The translations under genes and the position numbers were made by a program. Positions 63,996 to 64,000 of a DNA stretch of 64,000 nt are shown here, in pieces. The notes beneath the pieces were generated by a model. It was not told the DNA's origin, made no database searches, and saw nothing but the letters and a program-made list of their open reading frames with translations. Source of the DNA: Octopus bimaculoides (Eukaryota); assembly GCF_001194135.2 (NCBI RefSeq), contig NC_068982.1:146773320-146837319 (forward strand), written 5' to 3'. Within the stretch, counting starts at the first letter, position 1; the number at the start of each line of letters is the position of its first letter.

Positions 63996-64000
63996 CTGAG
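63854..64000. repeat. Start of a probable ~139-bp tandem repeat whose units are separated by (TA)n
   Basis: (TA)n-ttcctgag at 63854 recurs at 63993, at the window edge. Confidence 0.5.

Overview
This is eukaryotic, AT-rich, repeat-dominated DNA with 21 N-gaps, nearly all bordered by microsatellites. The extreme (CA)/(TA)/(TACA)/(GATA)/trinucleotide density and the SINE families present point to a cephalopod, most likely Octopus (inference from remembered repeat consensi, not a search). I found no confidently identifiable host protein-coding gene, rRNA, canonical tRNA or CRISPR array. Most ORFs in the supplied track are microsatellite or N-gap artefacts. What can be supported is mainly mobile DNA: a full-length cecropia-type mariner with perfect 23-bp TIRs and TA TSD; three linked copies of an irritans-like mariner derivative with ~190-bp TIRs; another irritans-like fragment; a rosa/DD41D-type transposon; Tigger-like and hAT MITEs; several long foldbacks; LINE relics (Tx1/L1, RTE, CR1 group, R4/Dong, Penelope GIY-YIG); and four tRNA-derived SINE families. 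Best leads: minimal type-I hammerhead ribozyme motifs (clearest at 4046-4093), a candidate two-exon signal-peptide gene start (5212-5839), a pri-miRNA-like ~33-bp hairpin (28626-28702), crossing inverted repeats (49349-49920), and a high load of potential dsRNA foldbacks. None of these amounts to a demonstrated new system.
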